DNA from: an uncultured Gammaproteobacteria bacterium
GTDB taxonomy: Bacteria; Patescibacteriota; Microgenomatia; Levybacterales; UBA12049
Assembly: GCA_964416445.1 (NCBI GenBank)
Contig: CAYQEE010000001.1
Span: 67,676 to 131,675 of the forward strand
Direction of reading: 5' to 3'
DNA: 64,000 bases
The position numbers were made by a program, and so were the translations under genes. Position 1 is the first letter of the stretch, and every line of letters begins with the position of its first letter. Below the pieces are notes generated by a model, which made no database searches, was not told the origin of the DNA, and was given only the letters and a program-made list of their open reading frames with translations. Shown piece after piece: positions 9,243-19,541 of this stretch.

Positions 9243-10229
9243 TTATGCAATTTGCTTTAAGGTAGGAATAACATGCTGACCAATAAATGTAATGAGGTTT
9301 TCTTGATTTATGCTTGTTGTTTGGATGACGACGATATTTGCGTGCAACTGGGTAATTAACGGAGAATAGAGAGAAATGAAATCTTCCTTTGTTGCAATTC
9401 TTGGATATCGAGACAAAATTTGTTCTTTAGGAAGTGAATCTGCTTCTTTTTGCAGTTCTTCAGGATCAATAGCTTTGTCTCTATTTGGTGCTCGAAGTCC
9501 TCTCCAAGGTTGCAGAGCATTCCAAGCTTCATGCTCATCTTGAGCAAAAACACTCCAACGACTCGTTACTATCGTAAATGTATTATTGTTTTTCGATTTT
9601 GCTGAAACTATTGCTGGTTCGATAATATTTCTAAGAGTTTCATCAGGTTCTTTTACACTAGCAATAACACCATTGGCTATTTCTCCAGCAAGTGTTCCCG
9701 ATTTTATACCACCTGCAGCAAGAAATACGGATATAGGATGGAGCGGGGGACTATAAAGTTTTGCGTGGTTTGTTCGATAATAGGTTCCAGAAAAATCTAA
9801 TTTTTCGCCTGCTAATAATCGTGAAATTATTGCTATTGCCTCACGAACTCTTTCTGAACGTTCTTGATATTTGGGAAACGGATATCCGAGAGGAACTTCA
9901 TTAATTGATTCACCTGTTCCTACTCCAAGAGAGAATCTTCCGTGGGACAGTCGATCGATTGTTGCAGCTGCTTGGGCAACAGTTGCAGGATGATAGCGAA
10001 AAAGGGGAGTGATAACTCCTGTTAATAATTGTATTCTCTTTGTTTTTGCAGCAATTGCACCGAGTGTCGCTAATGCATATCCTGCTGAACCAAAATCAGC
10101 TACCCATGGATGAAAATGTTCTGAGATACAGATGCCATCAAATCCAACTGCTTCCGCAAGCTGTGCATGCTTTACCAAAACTTCGGGTTGAAATTGTTCG
10201 TGACCTAAAAAATAATAAATTTGGGACAT
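9243..10229 (-). CDS. F420-dependent LLM-class oxidoreductase, Fgd-related (TIGR03557-like)
   Basis: GHEQFQP, SEHFHPW, RYHPATVAQA and GVGTGESINE motifs. First gene of the LLM-cofE-cofD-cofC run (gaps of 10-18 bp). Confidence 0.85.
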   Translation of the reverse strand: MSQIYYFLGHEQFQPEVLVKHAQLAEAVGFDGICISEHFHPWVADFGSAGYALATLGAIAAKTKRIQLLTGVITPLFRYHPATVAQAAATIDRLSHGRFSLGVGTGESINEVPLGYPFPKYQERSERVREAIAIISRLLAGEKLDFSGTYYRTNHAKLYSPPLHPISVFLAAGGIKSGTLAGEIANGVIASVKEPDETLRNIIEPAIVSAKSKNNNTFTIVTSRWSVFAQDEHEAWNALQPWRGLRAPNRDKAIDPEELQKEADSLPKEQILSRYPRIATKEDFISLYSPLITQLHANIVVIQTTSINQENLITFIGQHVIPTLKQIA

Positions 10230-10308
10230 ACCTTACTAGCAACCTTATGATTATAACACTCTGTGTAAGTAAATAGGATTATTTATGTAAGAACGATGTT
10301 ATAAGATC

Positions 10309-12135
10309 TTAGTGCTGTTTATATAATGGTAAAGAGAATGTAAATACAGATCCTTTACCAACTTCACTTACTACTTGGACATTTCCCTTATGGCGGGAAA
10401 TAATTTCCTTGACTATATACAACCCAATACCAAGTCCCGGATAGGTATCATGACCATTTCCCGTCACTCGATAAAATCGTTCAAATATCCTTGGTAAATG
10501 TTCATGGGGAATTCCTTTGCCGGAATCACGAATACTCACAAGAGCATATTCGTTATTTGTATGGAGTGTGACACAAATTTCAGAATGTGAAGGAGAATAC
10601 TTAATAGCATTTGTGAGTAAGTTAATAAGTACTTGGCTTATCCGTTCTTTATCTGCTGAAACTAAGGACGTAATCGTACCGCTTTTTGTGATCCTATGTT
10701 TTCTTGTGCTAGTTTGCATTAATTCAATTGTTTCGTTAACTAGTTCATTAAGATTAAAATTTTCCTCTCGAAACTCAAGTCTCCCTGTCTGAATTCTCGA
10801 TAAATCTAGTAAATCTATCACTAAGCGAGTAAGTCGATCAATTTGGTTATTCATTTTATGTAAGTAAACCATTGCATTCTTATTATGCGAACGAGAAAAT
10901 TCTTTTTGAAGCAATTCCGTATATACTTTAATACTTGTTAAGGGAGTTTTTAGTTCATGACTTGCCATAGACATAAAGTTGTCTTTGCGCTGCTCTTGTT
11001 CTTTGAGTTTTGTAATATCATGGAGCGCGTTAATAACAAGAATAGGAGATTTTTTTTCATCATATATTGCTGTTGACTTTACGATAACATATCGTACAAT
11101 ACCCGTTTTTTTTTCGCGATAACGTAATGTCACTTGTGGATTTATTTCACCTCGTATAGCTCGTCTTCCTGGTAACTGAGTGTTGGGGAACGTATTTCCT
11201 TTCTCGTCAGTAATTTCATAGCGTTTTAAATAATCAAATAGTGGTGCATCAATCATTTCCTGTACCGTTTGGTATCCAGTAGCATGTGCTGCAGCTAAAT
11301 TTGCGTAGATAATTTTTCCCTGTGTATCTTGTACTGTAATACCATCAGCGATATTTTTTAAGATAATATCCAATTGATTTTTCGAAGCTTGCAACGCTCG
11401 TTCAATATGTTTTCTTTTCGTGATATCAAGTGATACGCCAACAACTCCAATAAACTCACCTTGAGAATTTTTAAGAGGATTATAGTGAGTTTCAAAGATA
11501 ACGTTTCCTAAATTTCCTTCCTCCCAAAATGCTTCACCATGAAGAGCTCGATCTATTTTTTTTATGATTTCCGGATTTTCTCGATTCACTTCTTGATAAG
11601 TTTTTCCGATAATCTCATTTGGCGCGAAATGAATTGCTTCTAAACTTTTTCCTTCTGCAAATGTGAAAACACCTTGAGTATCTATTGCCCAGAAAATGAG
11701 CGGAATACTATCCAAAACTTTTTGAAAATAGACTTCATGAGCAAGTGCTTTCTCTTGTTGCTGTCTGACTGAGGTAATGTCATGTAAATTTACTAGAAAT
11801 CCATTGATTGCAGGGTTATTAAGCTGGTTTACAAGTTTTACTTCAAATAATTTCCATGTTCCTAAGTTATCACTGAAGCGAATAGTAGCTGTTTCTAATA
11901 ATGTCCTAGTTGCTGAAAGAAGAGATGTCTTAAATAGCTTTTGGTCACTGGGAGCAATATAGGAATTTATATTATTACCTATGAATTGATTTGGAGTGTA
12001 TCCTAAAACATCAGAGATTCTCTTATTTGCAAATAAAATTTCCCCTTTTTTGTTAATAAATAAAAAAATATCATTACTTTTTTCATAAATCTTTTGATAA
12101 TCCTGCAGTGAACGCAATGCGTTTCTTTTGGTCAT
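10309..12135 (-). CDS. Cytoplasmic multi-PAS sensor histidine kinase
   Basis: Three PAS/PAC repeats ending in HDIT/LDIT/HDIT; H-box ASHELKTPLTS; N-box NLLTNAIKYS; G-boxes DSGKGI and GLGIGL; no TM segment. Confidence 0.92.
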   Translation of the reverse strand: MTKRNALRSLQDYQKIYEKSNDIFLFINKKGEILFANKRISDVLGYTPNQFIGNNINSYIAPSDQKLFKTSLLSATRTLLETATIRFSDNLGTWKLFEVKLVNQLNNPAINGFLVNLHDITSVRQQQEKALAHEVYFQKVLDSIPLIFWAIDTQGVFTFAEGKSLEAIHFAPNEIIGKTYQEVNRENPEIIKKIDRALHGEAFWEEGNLGNVIFETHYNPLKNSQGEFIGVVGVSLDITKRKHIERALQASKNQLDIILKNIADGITVQDTQGKIIYANLAAAHATGYQTVQEMIDAPLFDYLKRYEITDEKGNTFPNTQLPGRRAIRGEINPQVTLRYREKKTGIVRYVIVKSTAIYDEKKSPILVINALHDITKLKEQEQRKDNFMSMASHELKTPLTSIKVYTELLQKEFSRSHNKNAMVYLHKMNNQIDRLTRLVIDLLDLSRIQTGRLEFREENFNLNELVNETIELMQTSTRKHRITKSGTITSLVSADKERISQVLINLLTNAIKYSPSHSEICVTLHTNNEYALVSIRDSGKGIPHEHLPRIFERFYRVTGNGHDTYPGLGIGLYIVKEIISRHKGNVQVVSEVGKGSVFTFSLPLYKQH

Positions 12136-12286
12136 AGTTTACTTACTTTCATCGATATCCATATTTTACCGAATTAATTGTAAGAATAGAGTAAAGGTTG
12201 CTTCACTTAATGAATATTTCCTTCATGAAAATATATTGCTTACTACTTAAAATAAAATTAAAAACTACATAGTATTCCCAATACTT

Positions 12287-12670
12287 ATGCTTATAAGTAT
12301 TCCATACCTTCCCATCTTCAAACAAGTGACTAGTAGTTGCTCTATAAAACATGTTTTAATTAATAAGGACAAATATGCTAGAACAACAAATTTTGCTATT
12401 CAAAAAAATATGAATGGGACAAAAACAATCATACAACAAGTACCCTTTACAGCAAATAATCTAATCAGTTATACCATTGATTTTAATGTCCAAGGGAAAT
12501 CAATCAATGCAAGGGTCTGGAATACGAATAATGGTTCTAAACCTTCAAGCGGGATGATATTAATAACGGATAGCTCACTTACTTTGGCAGGAAATGGTAA
12601 AGTCTGTATATTGACAACGAGCTCTACGAATGCAATTATGCAGTATTTTCAAGCTCAAGCGATTTGCTAA
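12287..12670 (+). pseudogene. Probable remnant of a beta-sandwich (lectin/ConA-like) extracellular domain
   Basis: The C-terminal part (FAIQKNMNGTKTII...YTIDFNVQGKSINARVW...ITDSSL) looks like a genuine beta-sandwich domain end, but the N-terminal part is not protein-like and there is no signal peptide. Confidence 0.35.
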
Positions 12671-12703
12671 TACACTATGCTAGTTTGATAGCGGGAAATA
12701 CAT

Positions 12704-12709
12704 TATAAT
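12704..12709 (+). promoter_or_regulatory. -10 box (TATAAT) 7 nt upstream of the GT2 ATG; probable leaderless promoter opening the glycan locus
   Basis: cat-TATAAT-gatataa-ATG(12717); no SD sequence. Confidence 0.5.
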
Positions 12710-12716
12710 GATATAA

Positions 12717-13478
12717 ATGTCTCAGCAAACACTTTCAGTTGTTTTAGCAACATTTAATGAAGAAAAAAATCTTCCTGAATGTCTGCAATCAGTAAAAGGA
12801 CTTGCGAACGAAATAGTAGTCGTTGATGGGTCCTCAAGTGACCATACCGTTTCCATTGCCAAAAATTTTGGTGCTCGAGTACAAATAACTAATAATCCTC
12901 CGGTCTTTCATATTAATAAGCAAAAAGCGATTAATATGGCAACGCAAGATTGGATTTTACAATTAGATGCCGATGAGAGGGTAACACCTGCACTGAAACA
13001 AGAAATACACAAGGTTTTAACAAGTAATTCAGACAAAAACGGGTATTGGATACCACGAAAAAATTGGTTTCTCGGACGATATTTAATGAAAGGAGGCGTT
13101 TATCCCGATTATACGTTACGGTTATATAGAAGAGGAAAAGGTTCATTACCGCAAAAGGATGTTCATGAACAAGCAATTGTAGAAGGGGAAGTGGGATATT
13201 TACAACAACCATTAATACATCTTGCAGATCCGGAGTTTAGTCGATATTTAAAACGATTTAAACGATATACAAGTCTCATAGCGACACAGTTGGAAGAAAA
13301 GAAAACAGGAAAAAATCCAGGTACTTTGATAAAATATATGGTAATATTACCAATTTGGTGGTTTTTGAAAGCATACATACGTCATAAAGGTTTTTTCGAT
13401 GGGTGGCAAGGGTTTGTGTTTGCCTTTTTTTCAGCACTTCGATTTCCTGTGTCGTATATAAAGTATTTACAAAAGTAA
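12717..13478 (+). CDS. GT2 glycosyltransferase (WaaE/KdtX-like beta-glycosyltransferase)
   Basis: VVLATFNEE, VVVDGSSSD, LQLDADE, YPDYTLRL, VHE and GFFDG motifs. Confidence 0.9.
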   Translation: MSQQTLSVVLATFNEEKNLPECLQSVKGLANEIVVVDGSSSDHTVSIAKNFGARVQITNNPPVFHINKQKAINMATQDWILQLDADERVTPALKQEIHKVLTSNSDKNGYWIPRKNWFLGRYLMKGGVYPDYTLRLYRRGKGSLPQKDVHEQAIVEGEVGYLQQPLIHLADPEFSRYLKRFKRYTSLIATQLEEKKTGKNPGTLIKYMVILPIWWFLKAYIRHKGFFDGWQGFVFAFFSALRFPVSYIKYLQK

Positions 13479-13482
13479 TTAT

Positions 13483-14469
13483 ATGAAATTTCTTGTAACA
13501 GGAGGAGCTGGGTACATAGGGAGCTTCATGGTGAAGCGACTTCTCGATGATGGTCACTTGGTAATTGTGGTTGACGATCTTGCACGAGGCATAGCATCAA
13601 ACCTTGATTCTCGTGCTCAATTCTTCCAAGGGAATTTATTAGATAAAAAATTTACCGAGAGTTTATTTACAACTTCATTTAATGGGGTATTCCATTTTGC
13701 GGCATTTATATCGATGGGTGAGTCTATGGAACATCCGCAACGTTATTTTGAGAATAATGTACAAGCATCGTTGAATCTGATAGAAGCTATGAGGAAAAGT
13801 GATTGTAAAAATATTATTTTTTCATCTACTGCTGGAGTTTACGGGAACCCAGTGCAAATACCCATTCCAGAAGATCATCAGAAAAATCCAGAAAATCCAT
13901 ATGGAGAAAGTAAACTTATGGTTGAACGGTTACTTGCATGGTATCAGAAGATTTTCAAAATTAATTATGTTGTACTTCGCTATTTTAATGCCTCAGGTGC
14001 AGCACTTGATGGAAGCATGGGTGAACAACACAATCCTGAAACTCATATAATTCCAAATATTATCAATGCAGCGTTAAATAATAAACCATTTACTTTATAT
14101 GGAGCTGATTACAAAACAAACGATGGTACTTGCGTACGCGATTATATTCATGTTTATGATTTAATTGAGGCGCATGTTTTAGCATTCCAAAAATTACAGC
14201 AAAAGCCTGGTTCATATATATTCAATGTTGGGACAGGAAATGGATATTCAAATAAAGAAGTTGTTGATATGGTTAAAAAAGTATCCAATATCGATTTCCA
14301 AGTTGTTTATGCTCAAAGACGGCCGGGGGATGCTGATACATTAATTGCTAACGTGACCAGAATTCAAGATGCGTTGGGTTTTAAAGCAAAATATTCAGAA
14401 TTGGAATCAATTGTCGAATCTGCGTGGAAATGGCATAAAAATCTCCTTAAACATGTCGAACTGAAATAA
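13483..14469 (+). CDS. galE: UDP-glucose 4-epimerase
   Basis: VTGGAGYIGS, HFAA, FSSTAGVYG, PYGESK, LRYFNASGA, ETHIIP, DGTCVRDYIHV and RRPGD motifs. Confidence 0.92.
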   Translation: MKFLVTGGAGYIGSFMVKRLLDDGHLVIVVDDLARGIASNLDSRAQFFQGNLLDKKFTESLFTTSFNGVFHFAAFISMGESMEHPQRYFENNVQASLNLIEAMRKSDCKNIIFSSTAGVYGNPVQIPIPEDHQKNPENPYGESKLMVERLLAWYQKIFKINYVVLRYFNASGAALDGSMGEQHNPETHIIPNIINAALNNKPFTLYGADYKTNDGTCVRDYIHVYDLIEAHVLAFQKLQQKPGSYIFNVGTGNGYSNKEVVDMVKKVSNIDFQVVYAQRRPGDADTLIANVTRIQDALGFKAKYSELESIVESAWKWHKNLLKHVELK

Positions 14470-14581
14470 CAAAAAGAAGCATTCTTTTTTCTTTCTCAAT
14501 TTTTTGGTTCAACAGTAGGTATTGATTAAAAATTTAGCTTTACGATCGAAGGAAAAAACTGGTATAGTAGTATGAGAAAAA

Positions 14582-15640
14582 ATGAATATCGCGCTTGATA
14601 TATCACCGTTAACAACCGGACATTATTTACAGCATCGCGTGAGAGGTACAGGATTTTATACCGAAAATTTAAAAAATGCACTCAAAACTAACTTTCCGGA
14701 AAATTCGTATACCTATTTTTCTCGAGGTGAATCGTTACCAAAAGATATCGATATTGTCCATTATCCTTATTTTGAACCATTTTTTATCACATTACCTTTT
14801 CATAACAACTTTGTTTCAGTTGTCACAATTCATGATTTAACACCGCTTATTTTTCCCGATTATTTTCCATCGGGCTTAAAAGGAAAAGTAAAATGGCAAA
14901 TACAGAAAGGATTATTGAAACATATGGATGCAATTATTACTGACTCGGATGCTTCAAAAAAAGATATTATTAATATTGTTGGTATTGATAAAAAGAAAGT
15001 TCATACAATTTATCTTGCAGCAGGAGACATTTTTCAGCAAATACAAGATGCATCACGTATCAAGAAGATAAAACAGAAATATGCACTCCCGGATAGGTTT
15101 GCGTTATATGTTGGTGATGTTACCTGGAACAAAAATTTACCACGACTTCTCCAAGCAATACAAAAAACATCTATTCCACTGGTATTGGTTGGTAAAGCAT
15201 TAACGGAAACTACCTATGATAAGAAAAATCAATGGAATCAAGATAGACAAGTAGTAGAGCAATTAATAAAACAAAATAACAGAATCCGCATCTTAGGTTT
15301 TGTTGAGAATGATGATTTAGTAACACTTTACAATTCTGCATTATTTTTTATTATGCCAAGTCTTTATGAAGGATTTGGTTTACCCATATTAGAAGCGATG
15401 TGTTGTGGATGCCCCGTAATTACAACACATGAAGGTTCATTAAAAGAAGTTGTTGGAGATGCCGCGTATATCGTCGATGGTTATTCGCTGAATAGTATTG
15501 TAGGTGGGATAATGAAGGTGGCCTCTGATTCATTATTACGAAAGGAATTAGCTGAAAAAGGACAAGCTCGTGCAAAGGAATTTTCGTGGAAAGAAACTGC
15601 AAAAAAGACCGTGCAGGTCTATGCTATGATAAAAAAATAG
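14582..15640 (+). CDS. GT4 glycosyltransferase (mannosyltransferase-like)
   Basis: VTIHDL, KNL and [21 protein letters not shown] motifs. Confidence 0.9.
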   Translation: MNIALDISPLTTGHYLQHRVRGTGFYTENLKNALKTNFPENSYTYFSRGESLPKDIDIVHYPYFEPFFITLPFHNNFVSVVTIHDLTPLIFPDYFPSGLKGKVKWQIQKGLLKHMDAIITDSDASKKDIINIVGIDKKKVHTIYLAAGDIFQQIQDASRIKKIKQKYALPDRFALYVGDVTWNKNLPRLLQAIQKTSIPLVLVGKALTETTYDKKNQWNQDRQVVEQLIKQNNRIRILGFVENDDLVTLYNSALFFIMPSLYEGFGLPILEAMCCGCPVITTHEGSLKEVVGDAAYIVDGYSLNSIVGGIMKVASDSLLRKELAEKGQARAKEFSWKETAKKTVQVYAMIKK

Positions 15641-15647
15641 TGATTAT

Positions 15648-16442
15648 ATGAAACAGAATGTCATGATCTCTTTAATTATTCCTGCATATAAACAAGAGGG
15701 GACTATTATAAAAGATATAAAGCGGATAAAAAAGATAATGGATGCCATGAAACAACCATATGAAATTATTGTTGTCGTTGATGGTCAAGTAGATAAAACA
15801 TACAAAAATGCAAAAAAAATGGCTTCAAAATCAATAAAAGTTGTAGGTTATCCACATAATCATGGAAAAGGATATGCTGTTCGGTATGGAATTGGTAAAT
15901 CGAAAGGGAAAATTATAGGATTTATTGATGCTGGAATGGATTTGAATCCAATAGGAATACACATTCTCCTTACTGATTTTCAAAAATATAATGCGGATAT
16001 TGTTATTGGAAGTAAACGCCATCCAAAATCAAAAGTGAATTATCCATTTCAGCGAAGGGTAATAAGCTTTCTCTCACAAATATTAATAGGTGCGTTATTT
16101 GGTTTAAATATAACTGATACGCAAGTAGGAATGAAATTTTTTAGAAGAAAAGTTATTGAAGATACCTTACCGAGATTATTAGTGAAACAGTTTGCATTTG
16201 ATATAGAAATACTCGTTGTTGCTTACCATTTAGGATATAAAAAGATTTATGAAGCACCAATTGATTTGCGTTTTAATTTTGACAGAAGTATTGTTTCTCA
16301 AGGCTTGTTGCGTGCTCTTTATTATACCTTGTTGGACACATTAGCAATTTACTATCGCCTCTATATCCAGCATTATTATGATAATAAAAATAAAAGAAAA
16401 TGGAGGTATGATCCTGAACTTAATTTCAAAGTAAATATTTAA
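15648..16442 (+). CDS. GT2 polyprenyl-phosphate glycosyl synthase-like (DPM1/DPG synthase family)
   Basis: IIPAY, VVVDG, NHGKGYAV, DIVIGSKRH, TDTQVGMKFF and FAFDIEIL motifs. Confidence 0.85.
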   Translation: MKQNVMISLIIPAYKQEGTIIKDIKRIKKIMDAMKQPYEIIVVVDGQVDKTYKNAKKMASKSIKVVGYPHNHGKGYAVRYGIGKSKGKIIGFIDAGMDLNPIGIHILLTDFQKYNADIVIGSKRHPKSKVNYPFQRRVISFLSQILIGALFGLNITDTQVGMKFFRRKVIEDTLPRLLVKQFAFDIEILVVAYHLGYKKIYEAPIDLRFNFDRSIVSQGLLRALYYTLLDTLAIYYRLYIQHYYDNKNKRKWRYDPELNFKVNI

Positions 16443-16444
16443 TA

Positions 16445-17392
16445 ATGATAGTTGATTTACCTATTAAGAATAAGCGTGTTTTAATAACTGGAATTAACGG
16501 GTTTATCGGAAATTATTTGTCACAGAGACTCTCCAAAGAAGGTGCATTGGTCTATGGTATTTCTGATTCTATTGCAAAAAACAATATTTATAAAATAACC
16601 GTCACCAATTATAATGAACTTGACGAATTTATCAGAAAGGAAAAAATCCACATAATATTCCATCTCGCAGCAAAATCGCTTGTCGAAGATGGGCAATCAG
16701 ACCCATATAAAACGTTTCAAACTAATATTAATGGTACCTTAACTATTTTAGAACTTGCAAGAAAACATGCAATAGAAAAAGTTATTCTTGCATCTACAGC
16801 CCATGTATATGGTGATAATAAGCTTCCGTATCGCGAAGAGTATACTCCAAAACCTTCACGACCATATGAAACTTCAAAAGCATGCGCAGATTTAATTGCA
16901 CAATCATATGCTGATAATTTTTCTTTGCCTGTACTCATTGCTCGTTTTGTCAATATATATGGACCTGGCGATCTTCATTTTACTCGTCTTATCCCAAAAA
17001 CAATCAAAAGTATTATTGAAAATGAACCTCCGAAAATGTGGGGTGTAGGTACAATACGTGATTACTTATACATTGATGATGCTATGGACGCGTTAATCGC
17101 GCTTGCATACTATCCGGTATCGCAAAGCCTTCCAAATCGCTTTTTTAATTTTGGTGTAGGAAATAAGGTTTCGGTTGAAGATATTATTCAAAAACTTATT
17201 AAATTATCAAGGAAGAATATATATATCAATAAAATTAGCCAAACAAGAGCGCAGGAAATATCAGCACAGTATGTATCTTGGGAGAAAGCGAAAACTCTCT
17301 TACATTGGAAGCCAAAATACACATTAGACGAAGGCCTTCAAATTACCTATTCATGGTACGAAGATTATTTTAAGAGAACCATGCATATCTAA
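16445..17392 (+). CDS. NAD-dependent epimerase/dehydratase (CDP-glucose 4,6-dehydratase-like SDR)
   Basis: ITGINGFIG, HLAA, PYETSKAC, NIYGPGD and RDYLYIDD motifs. Confidence 0.8.
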   Translation: MIVDLPIKNKRVLITGINGFIGNYLSQRLSKEGALVYGISDSIAKNNIYKITVTNYNELDEFIRKEKIHIIFHLAAKSLVEDGQSDPYKTFQTNINGTLTILELARKHAIEKVILASTAHVYGDNKLPYREEYTPKPSRPYETSKACADLIAQSYADNFSLPVLIARFVNIYGPGDLHFTRLIPKTIKSIIENEPPKMWGVGTIRDYLYIDDAMDALIALAYYPVSQSLPNRFFNFGVGNKVSVEDIIQKLIKLSRKNIYINKISQTRAQEISAQYVSWEKAKTLLHWKPKYTLDEGLQITYSWYEDYFKRTMHI

Positions 17393-18059
17393 GTAAAGTC
17401 ATAATAATTGGGTATGCATGATGCCACCGAATATTTTTGCCTTCAGCAACAGTCCGGGGATTATAGGAAATAGGGACTTCAATCGGTTTAAAACCTTTTT
17501 TTACCGCTTTTGCTGCAATTTCTGCTTCAATTTCAAAACCATTAGATTTGATAGGAAGTAATGTATTATAGACATTTCTCGTAAAAGCTTTGGATCCAGT
17601 AATAGCATCAGTGGTATTTGATTGAAGTATGAAACTAATAATCTGATCTACAAATACTCCTCCGATATAATAAAGAGACGATGAGTATGCATTCTTGTTA
17701 TTTAACCTGCGAGAACCAAAGACAATCTCTGCTTTTTTATCAAGTATGGGCTGAATGATAACAGGAATATCTTGTGGGTTATATTCTAAATCATCATCCT
17801 GCAAGAATAAAATAGTTCCTGTTGCCGCAGCTAATCCAGTTCTCACAGCTCCGCCTTTGCCAGTATTTTTATTGTGATGCAATAATGTAATACCTTTTAT
17901 TTTTTGCAAAGCGTTATATGTATTATCTGTTGAATAATCATCAACGACAATAATTTCTTTTTTGAGATTGGGAAGTTGGACATCTTGAACTTGTTGGATG
18001 AGTTTGGGAATTCTTGTCTCGCTATTATAGGCTGGAATAATAATTGAAATAGTTTGCAT
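17370..18059 (-). CDS. GT2 polyprenyl-phosphate glycosyl synthase-like
   Basis: IIPAYN, VDDYSTD, GKGGAVR, QDDDLEYNP, VFGSR, FEIEAEI and PISYNPR..EGK motifs. Confidence 0.88.
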   Translation of the reverse strand: MQTISIIIPAYNSETRIPKLIQQVQDVQLPNLKKEIIVVDDYSTDNTYNALQKIKGITLLHHNKNTGKGGAVRTGLAAATGTILFLQDDDLEYNPQDIPVIIQPILDKKAEIVFGSRRLNNKNAYSSSLYYIGGVFVDQIISFILQSNTTDAITGSKAFTRNVYNTLLPIKSNGFEIEAEIAAKAVKKGFKPIEVPISYNPRTVAEGKNIRWHHAYPIIMTLLRYAWFS

Positions 18060-18067
18060 TAAAATAG

Positions 18068-18076
18068 ATTATAGCA
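18068..18076 (-). promoter_or_regulatory. Extended -10 (TGcTATAAT) 8 nt upstream of ATG 18059
   Basis: Minus strand reads TGCTATAAT-ctatttta-ATG. Confidence 0.5.
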
Positions 18077-18167
18077 GAGCAATAAAAATAATGTATACTA
18101 GTTTAATTCTCTTCGGAAAATAATAAAAAATGGTATAGTAAGTAGCATATGCCTTTAAGACGATAAT

Positions 18168-19481
18168 ATGAAACAATCATTATTTTCATTTGCTCAGAAA
18201 ATTCTCAAAATAGAACTTATTAATGGAAGTTTAAACATCATGATTGCTTCCAATCTCAGTAATGCTTTTGCATTTTTTTTTAATATATTTCTGACACGAA
18301 AATTAACTCATGCTGATTATGGAATATATATGTCACTTATCTCGTTTATTGGATTAGTAACGATTCCCTCTCAGTCGATTACCATGCTATTAGTGCAATA
18401 TACGACACAATTTTTCAGCAAAAAGCAAACAAACAAAGCAGCTCGTTTGTATAGTATAAGTTTACGCTATTTAACTTTTTTGAGCTTCATCGTATTTTTA
18501 CTTTTTTTAAGTTTCTCAAAATCATTTGCAAATTTTCTTCATATTCAAACACTAACATTTTTGTGGATTACTGGTATTGTTATATCCTTATCTTTTTTTA
18601 GTATTGTTAATAATGCATTTCTTCAAAGTCTCCTTAAGTTTAATTTTATGGCCTGGATGGGAGTTGCTGCTACTCTCTCGAGAATTCTCGTAGCGACTGT
18701 GTTTTTACTTCTTGGTTTTCAAGTCTTTGGAGTATTATGGGGGGTACTGATAGGTGCAGTCGTTCAGGTATGTCTCAGTTTTTATCCGTTGCGATTTCTT
18801 TTTAAAAGTACTTACGAAAAAATATCACTTTCAAAAAGAGATTTACTATCATATGCTCTATCAGTATCTGTTATAGGTTTTGCGCTCACATCATTTACAT
18901 CAACAGATATTATTTTAGTAAAACATTATTTTAATCCCACCGACGCAGGTTTATATTCAATACTTTCTTTAATTGGAAGAGTTATTTTTTACTTAACTGC
19001 TCCAATTTCAACTGTTCTTTTTCCGCTCATTATTAAAAAATTTCATCAGGGAAGCGATTTTCTAAAAACATTTTATTTGGCTTTAAGTCTTGTTCTCTTG
19101 CCTTCTATGCTGATAACTGGCTTTTATTTTCTTTTTCCAAGATTTACTCTTCTTATTTTTCTCGGAGGAAAGAGTGACGCTCATTTAATTCCTTATGTTG
19201 GATTAATGGGGTTATATTTAAGTATTTTTAGTTTACTTAATGTTACAGTAACTTTTTCTCTATCTCTGAAAAAAATTAAAATAGTATATCCTTTAGTTGT
19301 TGGCGCTGTTGCTCAGATTGTTGCTATTTCATTATTCCATACAAATTTCTTTGAAGTTATTTTTTCATCTTTGCTTATCACCAGTATACTTCTTATTTCC
19401 TTTTTGTTATATTATGGTAAGAATTATGGCTCAGGAAAAGTACAGAAAACACAAGTTCTCCTTAATAACTCTACTTTATAG
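18168..19481 (+). CDS. Oligosaccharide flippase (Wzx/MOP family)
   Basis: About 12 TM segments; RKLTHADYG, DIILVKHYF..DAGLY and VLFP motifs. Confidence 0.85.
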   Translation: MKQSLFSFAQKILKIELINGSLNIMIASNLSNAFAFFFNIFLTRKLTHADYGIYMSLISFIGLVTIPSQSITMLLVQYTTQFFSKKQTNKAARLYSISLRYLTFLSFIVFLLFLSFSKSFANFLHIQTLTFLWITGIVISLSFFSIVNNAFLQSLLKFNFMAWMGVAATLSRILVATVFLLLGFQVFGVLWGVLIGAVVQVCLSFYPLRFLFKSTYEKISLSKRDLLSYALSVSVIGFALTSFTSTDIILVKHYFNPTDAGLYSILSLIGRVIFYLTAPISTVLFPLIIKKFHQGSDFLKTFYLALSLVLLPSMLITGFYFLFPRFTLLIFLGGKSDAHLIPYVGLMGLYLSIFSLLNVTVTFSLSLKKIKIVYPLVVGAVAQIVAISLFHTNFFEVIFSSLLITSILLISFLLYYGKNYGSGKVQKTQVLLNNSTL

Positions 19482-19541
19482 ACGAAAATTATTGGAAGCA
19501 CTTACAAACAGAAATACAATCGTGTAACCTACTAAATATTC

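Noticed and set aside
19426-19527. MAQEKYRKHKFSLITLLYRR, resembling the start of a deleted GT2 after the flippase
   Set aside because: The similarity is too short and weak to support a pseudogene call.
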